Assembly: GCA_937127445.1 (NCBI GenBank)
Contig: CAKZLY010000030.1
Coordinates: forward strand, 10,023 to 74,022
Reading direction: 5' to 3'
DNA: 64,000 bases
Source: an uncultured Ignavibacteria bacterium
Lineage (GTDB): Bacteria > Bacteroidota > Ignavibacteria > Kapaibacteriales > UBA2268
Position numbers and translations under genes: made by a program. The notes beneath the pieces were generated by a model. It was given only the letters and a program-made list of their open reading frames with translations, was not told the DNA's origin and searched no databases. Shown piece after piece: positions 48,780 through 59,023 of the stretch. Position 1 is the stretch's first letter; each line of letters opens with the position of its first letter.

Positions 48780-50441
48780 TTAATAATTACGAACTAAACG
48801 CTGAGGACCTGCTTTTTTGACTTCATCTGGACAACCACTTTCGAACAATTTGAAGTTTTCGATGTAGCGAGCAGCGAGAGCATCGTATTTGCTCCAATAT
48901 TCGTCTTTATTACCCCAAGCGTTAGATGGTTCGAGTACATCATCGGGGACACCCGGACAAGTAAGAGGAACTTGGAAGCCAAAAACTTTGTCAGTTCTGT
49001 ATTCAACATTATCGAGCAGACCGTCCAAAGCAGCATTCAGCATATTGCGGGTATGGCGAATACTTATGCGCTTACCGACTCCAAATTTACCACCAACCCA
49101 ACCGGTATTGACGAGCCAACAGCGAGTGCCGTGTTTTTCCATCTTGCTACGCAACAAATTAGCATAGTAAAAAGGATGATGAACCATAAAAGGCGCACCA
49201 AAGCAGGCACTGAAAGTAATTTCAGGTTCAATACCGAGGCCGATTTCTGTTCCAGCTATTTTTGAAGTATATCCGCTGATGAAATGATACATAGCTTGAT
49301 TCATATCGAGACGTGCAATAGGAGGGAGCACGCCAGTTGCATCGCAAGTAAGGAAGATAACATCTTTTGGATGAGTGCGCGACATTTTTTCAGGAAGCGA
49401 GTTAGGGATAAAATCAAGCGGATACGAAGCACGTGTATTTTCGGTCAGCATATCATCGTCTAAATCAATTTTACGAGAAGCTGGATCGTAGATAACATTT
49501 TCCAGAATAGTACCAAAACGACGAGTACAGGAATAGATTTCAGGTTCGTGTTCAGCAGAAAGACGAATAACTTTGGCATAGCAACCACCTTCGAAGTTGA
49601 AAACACCTTCATCGCTCCAACCGTGTTCGTCGTCGCCAATTAATTTACGGCGTGGATCAGCAGAAAGAGTAGTCTTGCCAGTTCCGGAAAGTCCAAAGAA
49701 GAGAGCAACACTACCATCGTTGCCAACGTTAGCAGAGCAGTGCATTGCCATAACGTTTTCGAGTGGTTTCAGGAAATTCATAACAGTAAAGATAGTTTTC
49801 TTAATTTCGCCGCCATACATACTGCCGGCAACAATAGCCATACGTTTAGCAAAATTTATTACCATAGCGGTTTCAGTTCGAGTACCGTCAATTTTTGGGT
49901 CGGCTTTGAATGATGGAGCAGCGAGCAAAGTAAATTCAGGAACGTGATTTTTCAAAGTGTCGCGATTTTCAATTGGAATAAACATATTGCGAGCAAAAAG
50001 ACTCTGCCAAGCATATTCAGTAACAATTCTAATAGGCATACGGTAATTTGGGTCGGCACCGACGTAACAATCTTGTACGAAAAGTTCTTCGCCCTGCCAA
50101 TATGCAAGCAATCGAGTGAGCAAGGAATTGAAGTTCTCCTGGGTAACGGGACGGTTGTAAACACCCCACCAAATTTTATCCCGAGTAAGTTCTTCGTCGA
50201 CAATAAATTTATCATTTGCAGCGCGAGCAGTCCATTTACCGGTATTTACAACGAGGGCGCCGCCAGTGGTAAGATGTCCTTCACCACGAAAGACAGCTTC
50301 TTCGATAAGAGCTGGAGTAGGCAAATTCCAATAAACCCTATCTAAATGTTGCAATCCGTGATTAGCGAGTTTGTAATCGCTTGCATATTCACGCGCATGC
50401 TTTGAGGCTGGGGTAGGAAATTCTAAATATTTCATAGCCAA
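48780..50441 (-). CDS. pckA: phosphoenolpyruvate carboxykinase (ATP)
   Basis: Kinase-1a GLSGTGKTTLS, the PckA-specific region, about 550 aa. Confidence 0.95.
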   Translation of the reverse strand: MAMKYLEFPTPASKHAREYASDYKLANHGLQHLDRVYWNLPTPALIEEAVFRGEGHLTTGGALVVNTGKWTARAANDKFIVDEELTRDKIWWGVYNRPVTQENFNSLLTRLLAYWQGEELFVQDCYVGADPNYRMPIRIVTEYAWQSLFARNMFIPIENRDTLKNHVPEFTLLAAPSFKADPKIDGTRTETAMVINFAKRMAIVAGSMYGGEIKKTIFTVMNFLKPLENVMAMHCSANVGNDGSVALFFGLSGTGKTTLSADPRRKLIGDDEHGWSDEGVFNFEGGCYAKVIRLSAEHEPEIYSCTRRFGTILENVIYDPASRKIDLDDDMLTENTRASYPLDFIPNSLPEKMSRTHPKDVIFLTCDATGVLPPIARLDMNQAMYHFISGYTSKIAGTEIGLGIEPEITFSACFGAPFMVHHPFYYANLLRSKMEKHGTRCWLVNTGWVGGKFGVGKRISIRHTRNMLNAALDGLLDNVEYRTDKVFGFQVPLTCPGVPDDVLEPSNAWGNKDEYWSKYDALAARYIENFKLFESGCPDEVKKAGPQRLVRNY

Positions 50442-51664
50442 TCCCTCACTAATTTACGTTCACCGATATAAAGTTCGTTAGGTGAGTTCGGGTCCAAAGC
50501 CCATTTAATGCGTTCGATACCTTCAGTAATATCTTTAATAGAACCGCAAGTGGAGAGGCGCAAGAATCCTTCCATACCGAATTCAATACCTGGAACTGTA
50601 AGAACGCGAACCTTTTCGAGTAGGAACTCGCTTAGTTTGTGAGAATCTTTTTCGTAATGGCTAAAATCAACAAAGCAGTAGAATGTTCCATCTGGTTTGT
50701 AAGCGCGAACACCTTCGAAAGCATTAAGTCGCTCCATCATTACATTACGATTGTTTTCGAGAGTGCGACGTAGGTTCTCAACACCAGATTGAGTACCGTT
50801 CAAAGCACCGACCGCAGCTTTTTGAAGCACAACGCTTGGACCTGATGTCTGATGTCCCTGAATGTTAGTCATAACACGGATTAAATTTTTATTAGCAACA
50901 GCCCAACCGATACGGAAACCAGTCATTGAATATTGTTTACTAATACCATTGATAAGGATTAATTTGGAGTTTTCACCCAAATCATTGGCATATTCATAGC
51001 AATTGATAGGCTTGCGACCGTCGAATATAAGGCGATGATAAATATCATCCATAATTAAATAAAGGTTACGCTTTTCGCAAAATTCTACTATATCGCGAAT
51101 AAAATCTTCCGAATACATTGCACCAGTTGGGTTATTCGGGCTGTTAATAATTACACATTTAGTGTAGGAAGTAACCACACGTTCGATATCCTGAATTCTT
51201 GGGTAAAAAGTTCCATCTTCTGGATAGACAGGTACAGGCACTGCACCGATTAGTTTGCACATTTCAGGATAAGAAACCCAGTAAGGGGCAGGGAAGATAC
51301 ATTCTTCCTGAGGATTAAGTATTGCCTGAAGAGCTACCATAATGGCTTGTTTAGCACCGCCGGAGATAATTACGTTTTCTGGCTCAACTTTTCTGTCGTA
51401 GAAATCCTGGGTATATCTAATGACAGCTTGTTTAAGTTCGGGAATCCCATCGGCAGGAGTGTAGCGAACTTCGGCACTATTGAGCAAAGAAACTGCTTGA
51501 AGAATGGCATCGAGAGGTGCTTTTGTTTTGGGTTCGCCACCGCCAAGATGAATAACAGGTTCGCCTTTTGCTCGAAGTACAGCGGCAATTTCATTAAGTC
51601 GAAGGGTGGCTGATTCTGAAATAGATTTTCCTATTAAACTAATACTCATAAAAAAATACTCCAA
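50432..51664 (-). CDS. class I/II pyridoxal-phosphate aminotransferase (aspartate-aminotransferase-like)
   Basis: PLP-lysine region INGISKQYSMTGFRIGW. 10-nt overlap with the pckA start. Confidence 0.8.
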   Translation of the reverse strand: MEYFFMSISLIGKSISESATLRLNEIAAVLRAKGEPVIHLGGGEPKTKAPLDAILQAVSLLNSAEVRYTPADGIPELKQAVIRYTQDFYDRKVEPENVIISGGAKQAIMVALQAILNPQEECIFPAPYWVSYPEMCKLIGAVPVPVYPEDGTFYPRIQDIERVVTSYTKCVIINSPNNPTGAMYSEDFIRDIVEFCEKRNLYLIMDDIYHRLIFDGRKPINCYEYANDLGENSKLILINGISKQYSMTGFRIGWAVANKNLIRVMTNIQGHQTSGPSVVLQKAAVGALNGTQSGVENLRRTLENNRNVMMERLNAFEGVRAYKPDGTFYCFVDFSHYEKDSHKLSEFLLEKVRVLTVPGIEFGMEGFLRLSTCGSIKDITEGIERIKWALDPNSPNELYIGERKLVRDWL

Positions 51665-51867
51665 TACTAAAAATTAAAAAATATAATAAAATTAAGTTTC
51701 TAAATTAAAATAAAGAAAATTAAGCAGAATCTGAGGAGCCAAATTTTAGTGGCAGTGAATATTTCAAGTAAAAATTACTCATATAAAATAACAGTAATGT
51801 AAGTAACACTCATTAAAAAGCAAATATTATAATTTTAATCGAAAAAAAAAAATAAAATTAAGAGTTA

Positions 51868-51901
51868 TTAAACAAAAAAGCCCGATTTTTCAACCGGGCT
51901 T
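51868..51901 (-). terminator. rho-independent terminator of the T9SS beta-helix gene
   Basis: AAGCCCG-(loop)-CGGGCTT hairpin with a minus-strand U-run (plus-strand AAACAAAAAA). Confidence 0.65.
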
Positions 51902-51921
51902 CTGAAAAAAGGTGTGAAACG

Positions 51922-53946
51922 TTATTTCACAACCGGAATATTTATAGTATAAACATTTTTAGCAGTAATAATTTGAAGGTAGTAAATACCAGTGGAAAGT
52001 TGAGAAGAATTAAGCATAAATTGGTGAGTACCGGCGTTTTGGAATTGATTTTCGAAAAAAATTGATTTAACAGAACCGGTAGCATCAACCAAGCGTATTG
52101 TAGCATTGCCGCTTTCTGGTAAAATATAAGTTACAACAGTGTATTCATTAGCTGGAAGAGGTGCAGCTTCGGCTTTGAATTGTGGCAACAGATTAGTGGA
52201 ATAATCGTCGTTAACACTTGTATAGACTTTGTTTACAGGATTATATTCAGCCCAAGGCAAGTCCCAACGTTCAGTATGGAATGCGCCGCGATAGGGAACT
52301 TTATCAAAGTATGGATCGTTGAGAGTAACAGCTGCATTCGAAGCTGTCCAATTAGCTTTATTTAGATAGTCTGCATCACTTGCTGGGAGAGGGTTAAATA
52401 CCCCAGTAGTTCCCGGAAAAGCACCGGGCACTTTTGCATAAACAGCAACTGGGCCAGCTTGATTAATAAATCTATTGCCAAATTCTTCTTTAGCAAGCCA
52501 ATTAGCGTCAACATTACCTTGTTGAGTTGTTCCACTGCCAAAATAAAAGAATTTATTGTTTTTAATTCCGTAGAAATCATTGTAGCGAACCATAATGGAG
52601 TCGTTAGAAGCAGCAAGCACTGTATTATTATTAGTAAGTTCGAGACCAGCATTATAGCCCATAATTACAGAATTAACAAGGTTCATACGGCTATTACGGC
52701 GTATTTGAACAGCAGTAAGGTGCTTTGAATGGTATTTATTAGCACCTGTCCCGACAGTCCAGCTAGTATCAGCAAGGGGACCTACAACAGTAACATTTGA
52801 AAATATTGGATTTGTATATGGGGTATTATAGGAAGATTTTGAGTCGTTATCACTTTCGAATGATTCGGAATTAGATTGATCCGCTATATCTGGATAGCGA
52901 ACAATGAGAACGTGTTGAACTTTGCCACGAAAACCATTATCAGTGTCCATATCGTCGTCAATAGTATTATATGAAATTAAATATTTAGCGTTAACAGTAC
53001 CGCCGAACCATTCGTAAGCATCATCGCCAGCATATGAAACCATAACGTGACTGATAATCGTACGACGCCCTACACCACCCATAGTGAGCGAATTAAGCTC
53101 ATTATCTGGAGATTCTGCAATACCTGCAAACTCGATACGAACATACTGAACAACACCGCTGGAATCATCATCGTCTGCAACACCACCAATAGGACCATAT
53201 TTAACATCCAATCCGCCTTCGATAGCAGCTTCGCCGAGGTTGGTGGAAGCCTTACCAGCAATAATCAGCCCACCCCAATCACCACGATCTCGATTACCAG
53301 GAGCAAAGCCAGAGGTCATCACGATAGGTTTTTCAGGTGTTCCTTTAGCATAGATTTTACCACCGCGTTTTATAACGATTGCTGAAATATCATTTGGGTC
53401 GCCCAAAATGACAGTTCCTGGGTTTATTCTTAAAGTAGCGCCATCTTCAACGTATAATACTTTTTTCAACTGATAAATTTTGGATGCGCTCAAAGTAATT
53501 GTATTTGTTAAGTTACCTCCAATAAGTGAGTCAGCTGTTGCTGGAGGAGGAGTATATATATTTATTGGACCTTGAATTCCATAAAGGTCTTCATTATTAA
53601 CTTCGTTCATTTTAATCCAGACCTGAGATCTTCTTGGTAAAGTAATAACAGTTCTACCGGAAGCAGCATTAGCGTTGCTACTTGAAACATCTTTATAGGA
53701 CCTAGCATTTTTAGCAAGAGCAAGCAAAGACCACGGACCATCAGGACTTTCGGACCATTTAAATTCAAAAGTTTTACCCCAGGTACGATCGCCAGATTTT
53801 GTTAAAGTATCCCAAGAAATAGTAATAGTTTGACCGACACGATAAGTTGAATTTGCTTTTGGCTCTTTGATAGTCAAAGAGGGTTCAGCTGCATTCAACA
53901 CATAAGCGAAAAGAAAAGCGATTGCAAGAAATAAAGCATTTTTCAT
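51922..53946 (-). CDS. secreted right-handed beta-helix-like protein with T9SS C-terminal domain
   Basis: Probable start MKNALFLAIAF (ATG complement 53944-53946). Gly/Asn-rich repeats suggest a parallel beta-helix. The C-terminal about 80 aa (ATIRLVDATGSVKSIFFENQ...GIYYLQIITAKNVYTINIPVVK) resemble a T9SS CTD. Confidence 0.55.
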   Translation of the reverse strand: MKNALFLAIAFLFAYVLNAAEPSLTIKEPKANSTYRVGQTITISWDTLTKSGDRTWGKTFEFKWSESPDGPWSLLALAKNARSYKDVSSSNANAASGRTVITLPRRSQVWIKMNEVNNEDLYGIQGPINIYTPPPATADSLIGGNLTNTITLSASKIYQLKKVLYVEDGATLRINPGTVILGDPNDISAIVIKRGGKIYAKGTPEKPIVMTSGFAPGNRDRGDWGGLIIAGKASTNLGEAAIEGGLDVKYGPIGGVADDDDSSGVVQYVRIEFAGIAESPDNELNSLTMGGVGRRTIISHVMVSYAGDDAYEWFGGTVNAKYLISYNTIDDDMDTDNGFRGKVQHVLIVRYPDIADQSNSESFESDNDSKSSYNTPYTNPIFSNVTVVGPLADTSWTVGTGANKYHSKHLTAVQIRRNSRMNLVNSVIMGYNAGLELTNNNTVLAASNDSIMVRYNDFYGIKNNKFFYFGSGTTQQGNVDANWLAKEEFGNRFINQAGPVAVYAKVPGAFPGTTGVFNPLPASDADYLNKANWTASNAAVTLNDPYFDKVPYRGAFHTERWDLPWAEYNPVNKVYTSVNDDYSTNLLPQFKAEAAPLPANEYTVVTYILPESGNATIRLVDATGSVKSIFFENQFQNAGTHQFMLNSSQLSTGIYYLQIITAKNVYTINIPVVK

Positions 53947-53977
53947 TAGATTCCCCTTAGAAGTTAATAAAAATGTA

Positions 53978-56863
53978 TTACATTTTATATCCGATGCCGA
54001 ATGAGAAAGAGCGGCCTTTTTTAGTTTTGAGAACATCGTTACCCATTTGTTTCCAGGTTATTTGTTCGTTAAGAATATCTTTGGCAACTAATTTTATATC
54101 AAGCGTATTGAAAATAGTTTGCGAAATAGATAAGTCGATAACATTTCTTGGTATTTCATAAACATGAGGGTCGCTAACAGGGTAACGAGTAATATCAGCC
54201 ACTTGAATAATTCTTTTACCAGCAACATTGTAGCTTGTATTGACAGAAGTTCCCCATTCAGGATGGAAATAGAACAAACCAATATTCAAAGAATATGGCG
54301 ATTGGCCCCACATAGTACGGTAGTCTTCGGCGTTATTTTGTTTTACGGTAATATCAGAATTAATAAGAGCTAAATTGAAATTGAGTGAGAAATAACGAGT
54401 CCAATCGGAAATAAAGCCTAAATTTTTTCTAGCTTCAAATTCTGCACCATAGTTAGTTGCGTGACCGTTAGCATTTGCAAAAGTTCTCTTATAATTACTC
54501 GAAGTACCGATGACAGATTCTTCGATAGCATTTTTGAATGATTTATAGAAGAGCGAGACAGAAATCACTTCGCCAGGATTTGGGAACATTTCCCAGCGGA
54601 GGTCGAAATTTCTGATAAGCGAGCGTTTCAAATTTGGATTGCCAGCGACATCGCCTTGGAAGTAAAAGTCGTAGAAAATAAATGGAGCATATTCACGCAA
54701 TGAAGGGCGAGTTAGAGTCTGACTTGCAGAAAAACGTAAATTCATTGTATTAGCAAGTTGATATATCAAATTAAAAGATGGAAGGATGTCTACATAACTT
54801 TCGTCAACAAAAGTTGAGTCGGTATTGTTCGAAGCTATTGGATATAAGCTCATAAGTTTTTGATTGCTACTTTCTATGCGTGCGCCTGTGATCACTCTAA
54901 ATTTATTGCCAGCAAGTTCGAAAGGAATATCAACCATAAGATAACCAGCTACTAAATTCTCATTTGCTTTATATGAATCTGTTGGTTTTGTTTCTTCGCC
55001 AATACCAAGACGTGATGGCTGGAAGTTTTCTGGATTAGAGAAAATATCTTCTGGTTCAAGTAAGAAATCAGAATTATAGAAGTCTTCGTCACCCCAATTT
55101 GGAACTATATAATTAAAATCTTCATCGTAATAATATTTCATCATCAAAGTGCCTTTGTTAATCACGAGCGAGCGGACATTGAAATCACGTTTTTTCTTTT
55201 CGAAGAGCAATCCAGTTTTGAGTTTTAGTGAACTAATAGGCAATGAAAAATTCAAAGCACCGGAGTATGCATCTTCGTTGAGATAAGAGAAAAATCTACC
55301 AGCTTGGTAGCCATTACCATTGAGGTCGTAAATGTCAATATGCCAGGGATTATCTTCGTTAGCTTTAGAATAGCGAACGCGTTTAAAATCAGGTTCGTCG
55401 CGTTTTGAGTTGGAATAGCCAAATTTCCAGTCTAAAAATGAATTATTCAAGAATGGCAAGTTATGTTCGCCAGTTAATTGAGTAGCAAATAGAGTTTTCT
55501 GAACAAATTGGAAGCCATATTGGCGAGTAATAACCTGATCTTTTCTACCAAGCATAATAGTAGTTTCATTATCAGAAGAATTATTATAAGTATTTTTTAT
55601 TGAAAACGTGTTGTTATCGTCGAGTTTGAAAGCAAAGTTGAACAATCCACCTAAATTTGTTGAAAAAGTGGAAACAGTGCCTTGATTGAAATTATAGACT
55701 TTGCCACTACTTTCCAGGGTAGCACGGAAAATTTCATCATAAGAATAGGAATTACCATAGAGTGCATTGGCTATAATACCGATTTCTGAATTACCTATGC
55801 GATAAATATCGGAGTAAGACATATTAATAGAACCGTTTAGCGGTGCTTTGATCGTGTCGCGTTTCCAAGTTTTACTGTTCAATGAACGACTGATCTCAAC
55901 CCACTCGCTTTGAGCTTGTTTGAGAATATTTTCGTTGTCTGAACGCAAGCGAGTAAAGAGGTTTCTCATATCTTGAGGTGACTTAGGGAAATTATTGGGA
56001 AGCGATCTTGTTCCATCGTCGAAACCGAGCCAATCGGTTTTGCCACCGTTATAAGTAATGAATTTTCTATTAAAGGTAAGATTATCAGTCATTGAAGTTC
56101 CGAAGCTAACTTTAAAGCTACGTGAAGAAGGGAAATCGACTGTATTAAGCTGAACCAATCCGCCAGCGAAGTTGCCAGGCAAATCAGGCGTAAAGGATTT
56201 AGCAACATTCGCATTTTGGAGGAAATCAGCAGGGAACATATCGAAAGAAAATGCTTTTTTATCGGGTTCGGTAGTAGCCAGAGCAGTTCCGTTAAGAGTA
56301 GTATTATTATAACGTTCGCTTACACCACGAACATAGACAAATTTATCACCAACAAGAGTAACGCCTGACACACGTCGTAACGATTGTCCTGCGTCGTTAT
56401 CGGGAGTTCTTTTTATTTCTTCAATACTAATTCCATCACTAACTTGAGATGCATTTTTACGTTGAGCAAGGATAGCAGATTCGTTGTTCAATTCGCGTCT
56501 AGCTTCGATAACAACTTCATCAGTTTTCTTAATAGTAGAAGAAAGAACAACATTCAATATATAATTTTGATTTTCTTTAAGTTCAATATTTTCGATTGTT
56601 TTTGTGTTATATCCGATATAGCTCACCTGAATTGAATAAACACCTGCTGGTAAGTTCAAAATTCGGTATTCACCTTTTGTATCAGTATAAGCACCAATTT
56701 TTTTACCTAAAATCAAAACAGAAGCTCTCCGCAAGACTTCTCCACTTTCCTCGTCTATAATTTTTCCTGAAATAGAAGCTTTTGATTGAGCTAAAAGAGC
56801 AGATGAAATACAAACATTCATCAGTAAGAAAAACAATAATATTTTTTTAATAAAATAATACAT
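53978..56863 (-). CDS. TonB-dependent outer-membrane receptor with N-terminal carboxypeptidase-regulatory-like domain
   Basis: Signal peptide. CarbopepD_reg-like GKIIDEESGEVL...TDTKGEYRILNLPAGVYSIQVSYIGY, plug, about 700-aa barrel ending ...FGIGYKM. Confidence 0.8.
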   Translation of the reverse strand: MYYFIKKILLFFLLMNVCISSALLAQSKASISGKIIDEESGEVLRRASVLILGKKIGAYTDTKGEYRILNLPAGVYSIQVSYIGYNTKTIENIELKENQNYILNVVLSSTIKKTDEVVIEARRELNNESAILAQRKNASQVSDGISIEEIKRTPDNDAGQSLRRVSGVTLVGDKFVYVRGVSERYNNTTLNGTALATTEPDKKAFSFDMFPADFLQNANVAKSFTPDLPGNFAGGLVQLNTVDFPSSRSFKVSFGTSMTDNLTFNRKFITYNGGKTDWLGFDDGTRSLPNNFPKSPQDMRNLFTRLRSDNENILKQAQSEWVEISRSLNSKTWKRDTIKAPLNGSINMSYSDIYRIGNSEIGIIANALYGNSYSYDEIFRATLESSGKVYNFNQGTVSTFSTNLGGLFNFAFKLDDNNTFSIKNTYNNSSDNETTIMLGRKDQVITRQYGFQFVQKTLFATQLTGEHNLPFLNNSFLDWKFGYSNSKRDEPDFKRVRYSKANEDNPWHIDIYDLNGNGYQAGRFFSYLNEDAYSGALNFSLPISSLKLKTGLLFEKKKRDFNVRSLVINKGTLMMKYYYDEDFNYIVPNWGDEDFYNSDFLLEPEDIFSNPENFQPSRLGIGEETKPTDSYKANENLVAGYLMVDIPFELAGNKFRVITGARIESSNQKLMSLYPIASNNTDSTFVDESYVDILPSFNLIYQLANTMNLRFSASQTLTRPSLREYAPFIFYDFYFQGDVAGNPNLKRSLIRNFDLRWEMFPNPGEVISVSLFYKSFKNAIEESVIGTSSNYKRTFANANGHATNYGAEFEARKNLGFISDWTRYFSLNFNLALINSDITVKQNNAEDYRTMWGQSPYSLNIGLFYFHPEWGTSVNTSYNVAGKRIIQVADITRYPVSDPHVYEIPRNVIDLSISQTIFNTLDIKLVAKDILNEQITWKQMGNDVLKTKKGRSFSFGIGYKM

Positions 56864-57108
56864 AACTTAATACTCCTCCGGTTGTAAATTTTTTTTCAAT
56901 ACCTTTTTTCAGATAGGCAAAATTGTCTTTTTAAAATGAAGTGATAATAAACTAACAGTTAATAATGAGTGAACTTATTGATAAGCTGGAATCACTTGAA
57001 ACATAATCGGATTTATCAAAATGGTTAATTTTATGTTAATATTCCAAAAAGAACAATTTATAGTAAAATTTTAGTATTTTTGTAGTAGTATTAATAATAA
57101 TGTAGTTA

Positions 57109-59004
57109 ATGATGAAAAGTTCAATAAATATAACCGATAGTTTTGGCAGCAGTTCAATCAGAAAAACTTTTAAATTAGCGATAATTTTAGTTGCCGGAAT
57201 ATTTATTTTCAGGTTGGCGCAACTGCAATTGCTGCAAGGGAGTAAATATCTGGATGTAAGCCAAACACAAGCAATAAAGCAGATTAGAATAGCACCGTTC
57301 AGAGGAAATATGTTCGATAGGAATGGATTGTTGATAGTTCACAACGAACCTTCATTTTCAATCATTATCACACCGTATGAGTTCGATAGAGATATTATAC
57401 CATATTTATCTAAACTAATTGGAATAAGTGAAGAAGAAATAATTAGCACACTTGAAAAAAATAAAAACTATTCACCGTTTGAACCGGTAAAAATAATGAA
57501 AGATGTGCCATTTGAGATAGTCAGCAAAATTGAGGAGAACAGCGATGAATTACCAGGAGTGGAAGTAATAATTGAGCCAAAACGACTTTATGAATTCGAC
57601 GGTAATATGGCACACCTACTTGGATATACCCGCGAAGTAACCCGTGCACAATTAGAAAAGCACAGATATTTACGACCGGGTGATATTATTGGACAATCAG
57701 GCATTGAACAAACTTACGATGCATTTTTAAGAGGGAGACAAGGCATACAATTTGTTGCAGTCAATAAATTTGGACAGAGAGTTGCAAGTTTTGATAATGG
57801 GAAGCAAGATATTGCACCAAACAATGGATTTGATTTATACACTACATTAGATATAAAATTACAGGAACTCGCAGAGAAATTATTAGAAGGAAAGCGTGGA
57901 GCAGTGGTTGCATTAGACCCGCAGAACGGAGAAATATTAGCACTTGCAAGCAAGCCAGATTACGACCCAAGAGCATTCAGCGGAAGAGTTCCCGCTGATT
58001 TATATAAACAATTATCCGAAGACCCATGGAGCCCGCTTTTGCATAGAGCAATCCAGTCGCAATATCCACCTGGCTCGACCTGGAAAATGCTTGTAGCAAT
58101 AGCAGCATTAAACGAAGGGATTATTGATGAAAATACAACCATATACTGCCCTGGAAGTTTTACTTTTGGGAATAGGTCTTTTAAATGCCACGGCGCTCAC
58201 GGAGCGATCAATGTTCGAAGTGCAATAAAAAGCTCTTGCAATGTATATTTCTATCAGCTTGGTCTCAAAATTGGGATGGAAAATTTAGAAAAATATGGGA
58301 AAATGTTTGGCTTTGGGCAAAAGACATTTATTGATTTGCCAAATGAAAAGACGGGAAGACTACCGACTGTTGAGTGGTTAGAAAAAGTTTATGGGAAAGG
58401 AGGTGCCTCACGTGGCAGAATGGTGAATTACGGTATTGGTCAGGGGGAGATACTCGTTACACCTCTTCAAATGGCAGCGTATACAGCAGCAATAGCAAAC
58501 GAGGGCACATATTATCAACCTCATCTTGTGCGTGCCATATCAAATAACATTTCAAATAAAGTTGAGCCAGTAGCTTTTTCTTCAAGGAAACTTCCTATTG
58601 ACAAAGGAATCTTTAAAATTATCAAAGATGGGATGTTCGATGTAGTAAACGCACCTGGAGGGACTGCTTCGTATGCACGGATGACGTCGGTTGAAGTATG
58701 TGGCAAAACTGGCACAGCACAAAATCCACACGGGAAAGACCATGCCTGGTTTGTTTGCTTTGCACCGAAGGAAAATCCGCGAATTGTGCTTGCTGTGTTA
58801 GCTGAAAATTCAGGGTTTGGAGGAGCCGTTGCGGCACCAATAGCAAAGCAGCTGCTCGAAGCATTTTTCCATCCTGAAACATTTGACAGAAACAAAATTT
58901 ACGTCCCGAAGGAGCCATCGCAGGAGGATACAACACCTGATGAAGAGAGTGAAGTTGAAAGTGAGTTTCGCCAGGCAGCTTTACGTGAAGAAATTAATTA
59001 TTAA
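57109..59004 (+). CDS. class B penicillin-binding protein 2 (elongation-type transpeptidase, MrdA-like)
   Basis: N-terminal TM, dimerisation domain, STWK (SXXK), SSCN (SXN), KTGT. No rodA follows. Confidence 0.8.
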   Translation: MMKSSINITDSFGSSSIRKTFKLAIILVAGIFIFRLAQLQLLQGSKYLDVSQTQAIKQIRIAPFRGNMFDRNGLLIVHNEPSFSIIITPYEFDRDIIPYLSKLIGISEEEIISTLEKNKNYSPFEPVKIMKDVPFEIVSKIEENSDELPGVEVIIEPKRLYEFDGNMAHLLGYTREVTRAQLEKHRYLRPGDIIGQSGIEQTYDAFLRGRQGIQFVAVNKFGQRVASFDNGKQDIAPNNGFDLYTTLDIKLQELAEKLLEGKRGAVVALDPQNGEILALASKPDYDPRAFSGRVPADLYKQLSEDPWSPLLHRAIQSQYPPGSTWKMLVAIAALNEGIIDENTTIYCPGSFTFGNRSFKCHGAHGAINVRSAIKSSCNVYFYQLGLKIGMENLEKYGKMFGFGQKTFIDLPNEKTGRLPTVEWLEKVYGKGGASRGRMVNYGIGQGEILVTPLQMAAYTAAIANEGTYYQPHLVRAISNNISNKVEPVAFSSRKLPIDKGIFKIIKDGMFDVVNAPGGTASYARMTSVEVCGKTGTAQNPHGKDHAWFVCFAPKENPRIVLAVLAENSGFGGAVAAPIAKQLLEAFFHPETFDRNKIYVPKEPSQEDTTPDEESEVESEFRQAALREEINY

Positions 59005-59023
59005 CAGAATATTTGGTGTTCCT

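Noticed and set aside
53947-54036. 30-aa extension of the beta-helix T9SS protein overlapping the TonB-dependent receptor gene
   Set aside because: The internal Met begins a canonical signal peptide (MKNALFLAIAFLFAYVLNA). The extension would overlap the upstream CDS.
56864-57108. Possible riboswitch in the 245-nt leader region upstream of the TonB-dependent receptor
   Set aside because: I recognised no conserved cobalamin, TPP or other riboswitch core motifs. The region is AT-rich and more likely a divergent promoter region shared with the PBP2 gene.
58883-59023. 47-aa Arg/Lys-rich extension of the FN3/T9SS protein overlapping the end of the PBP2 gene
   Set aside because: The ATG at 59024 begins a clear signal peptide. 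The extension is in an alternative frame of the PBP2 3' end.
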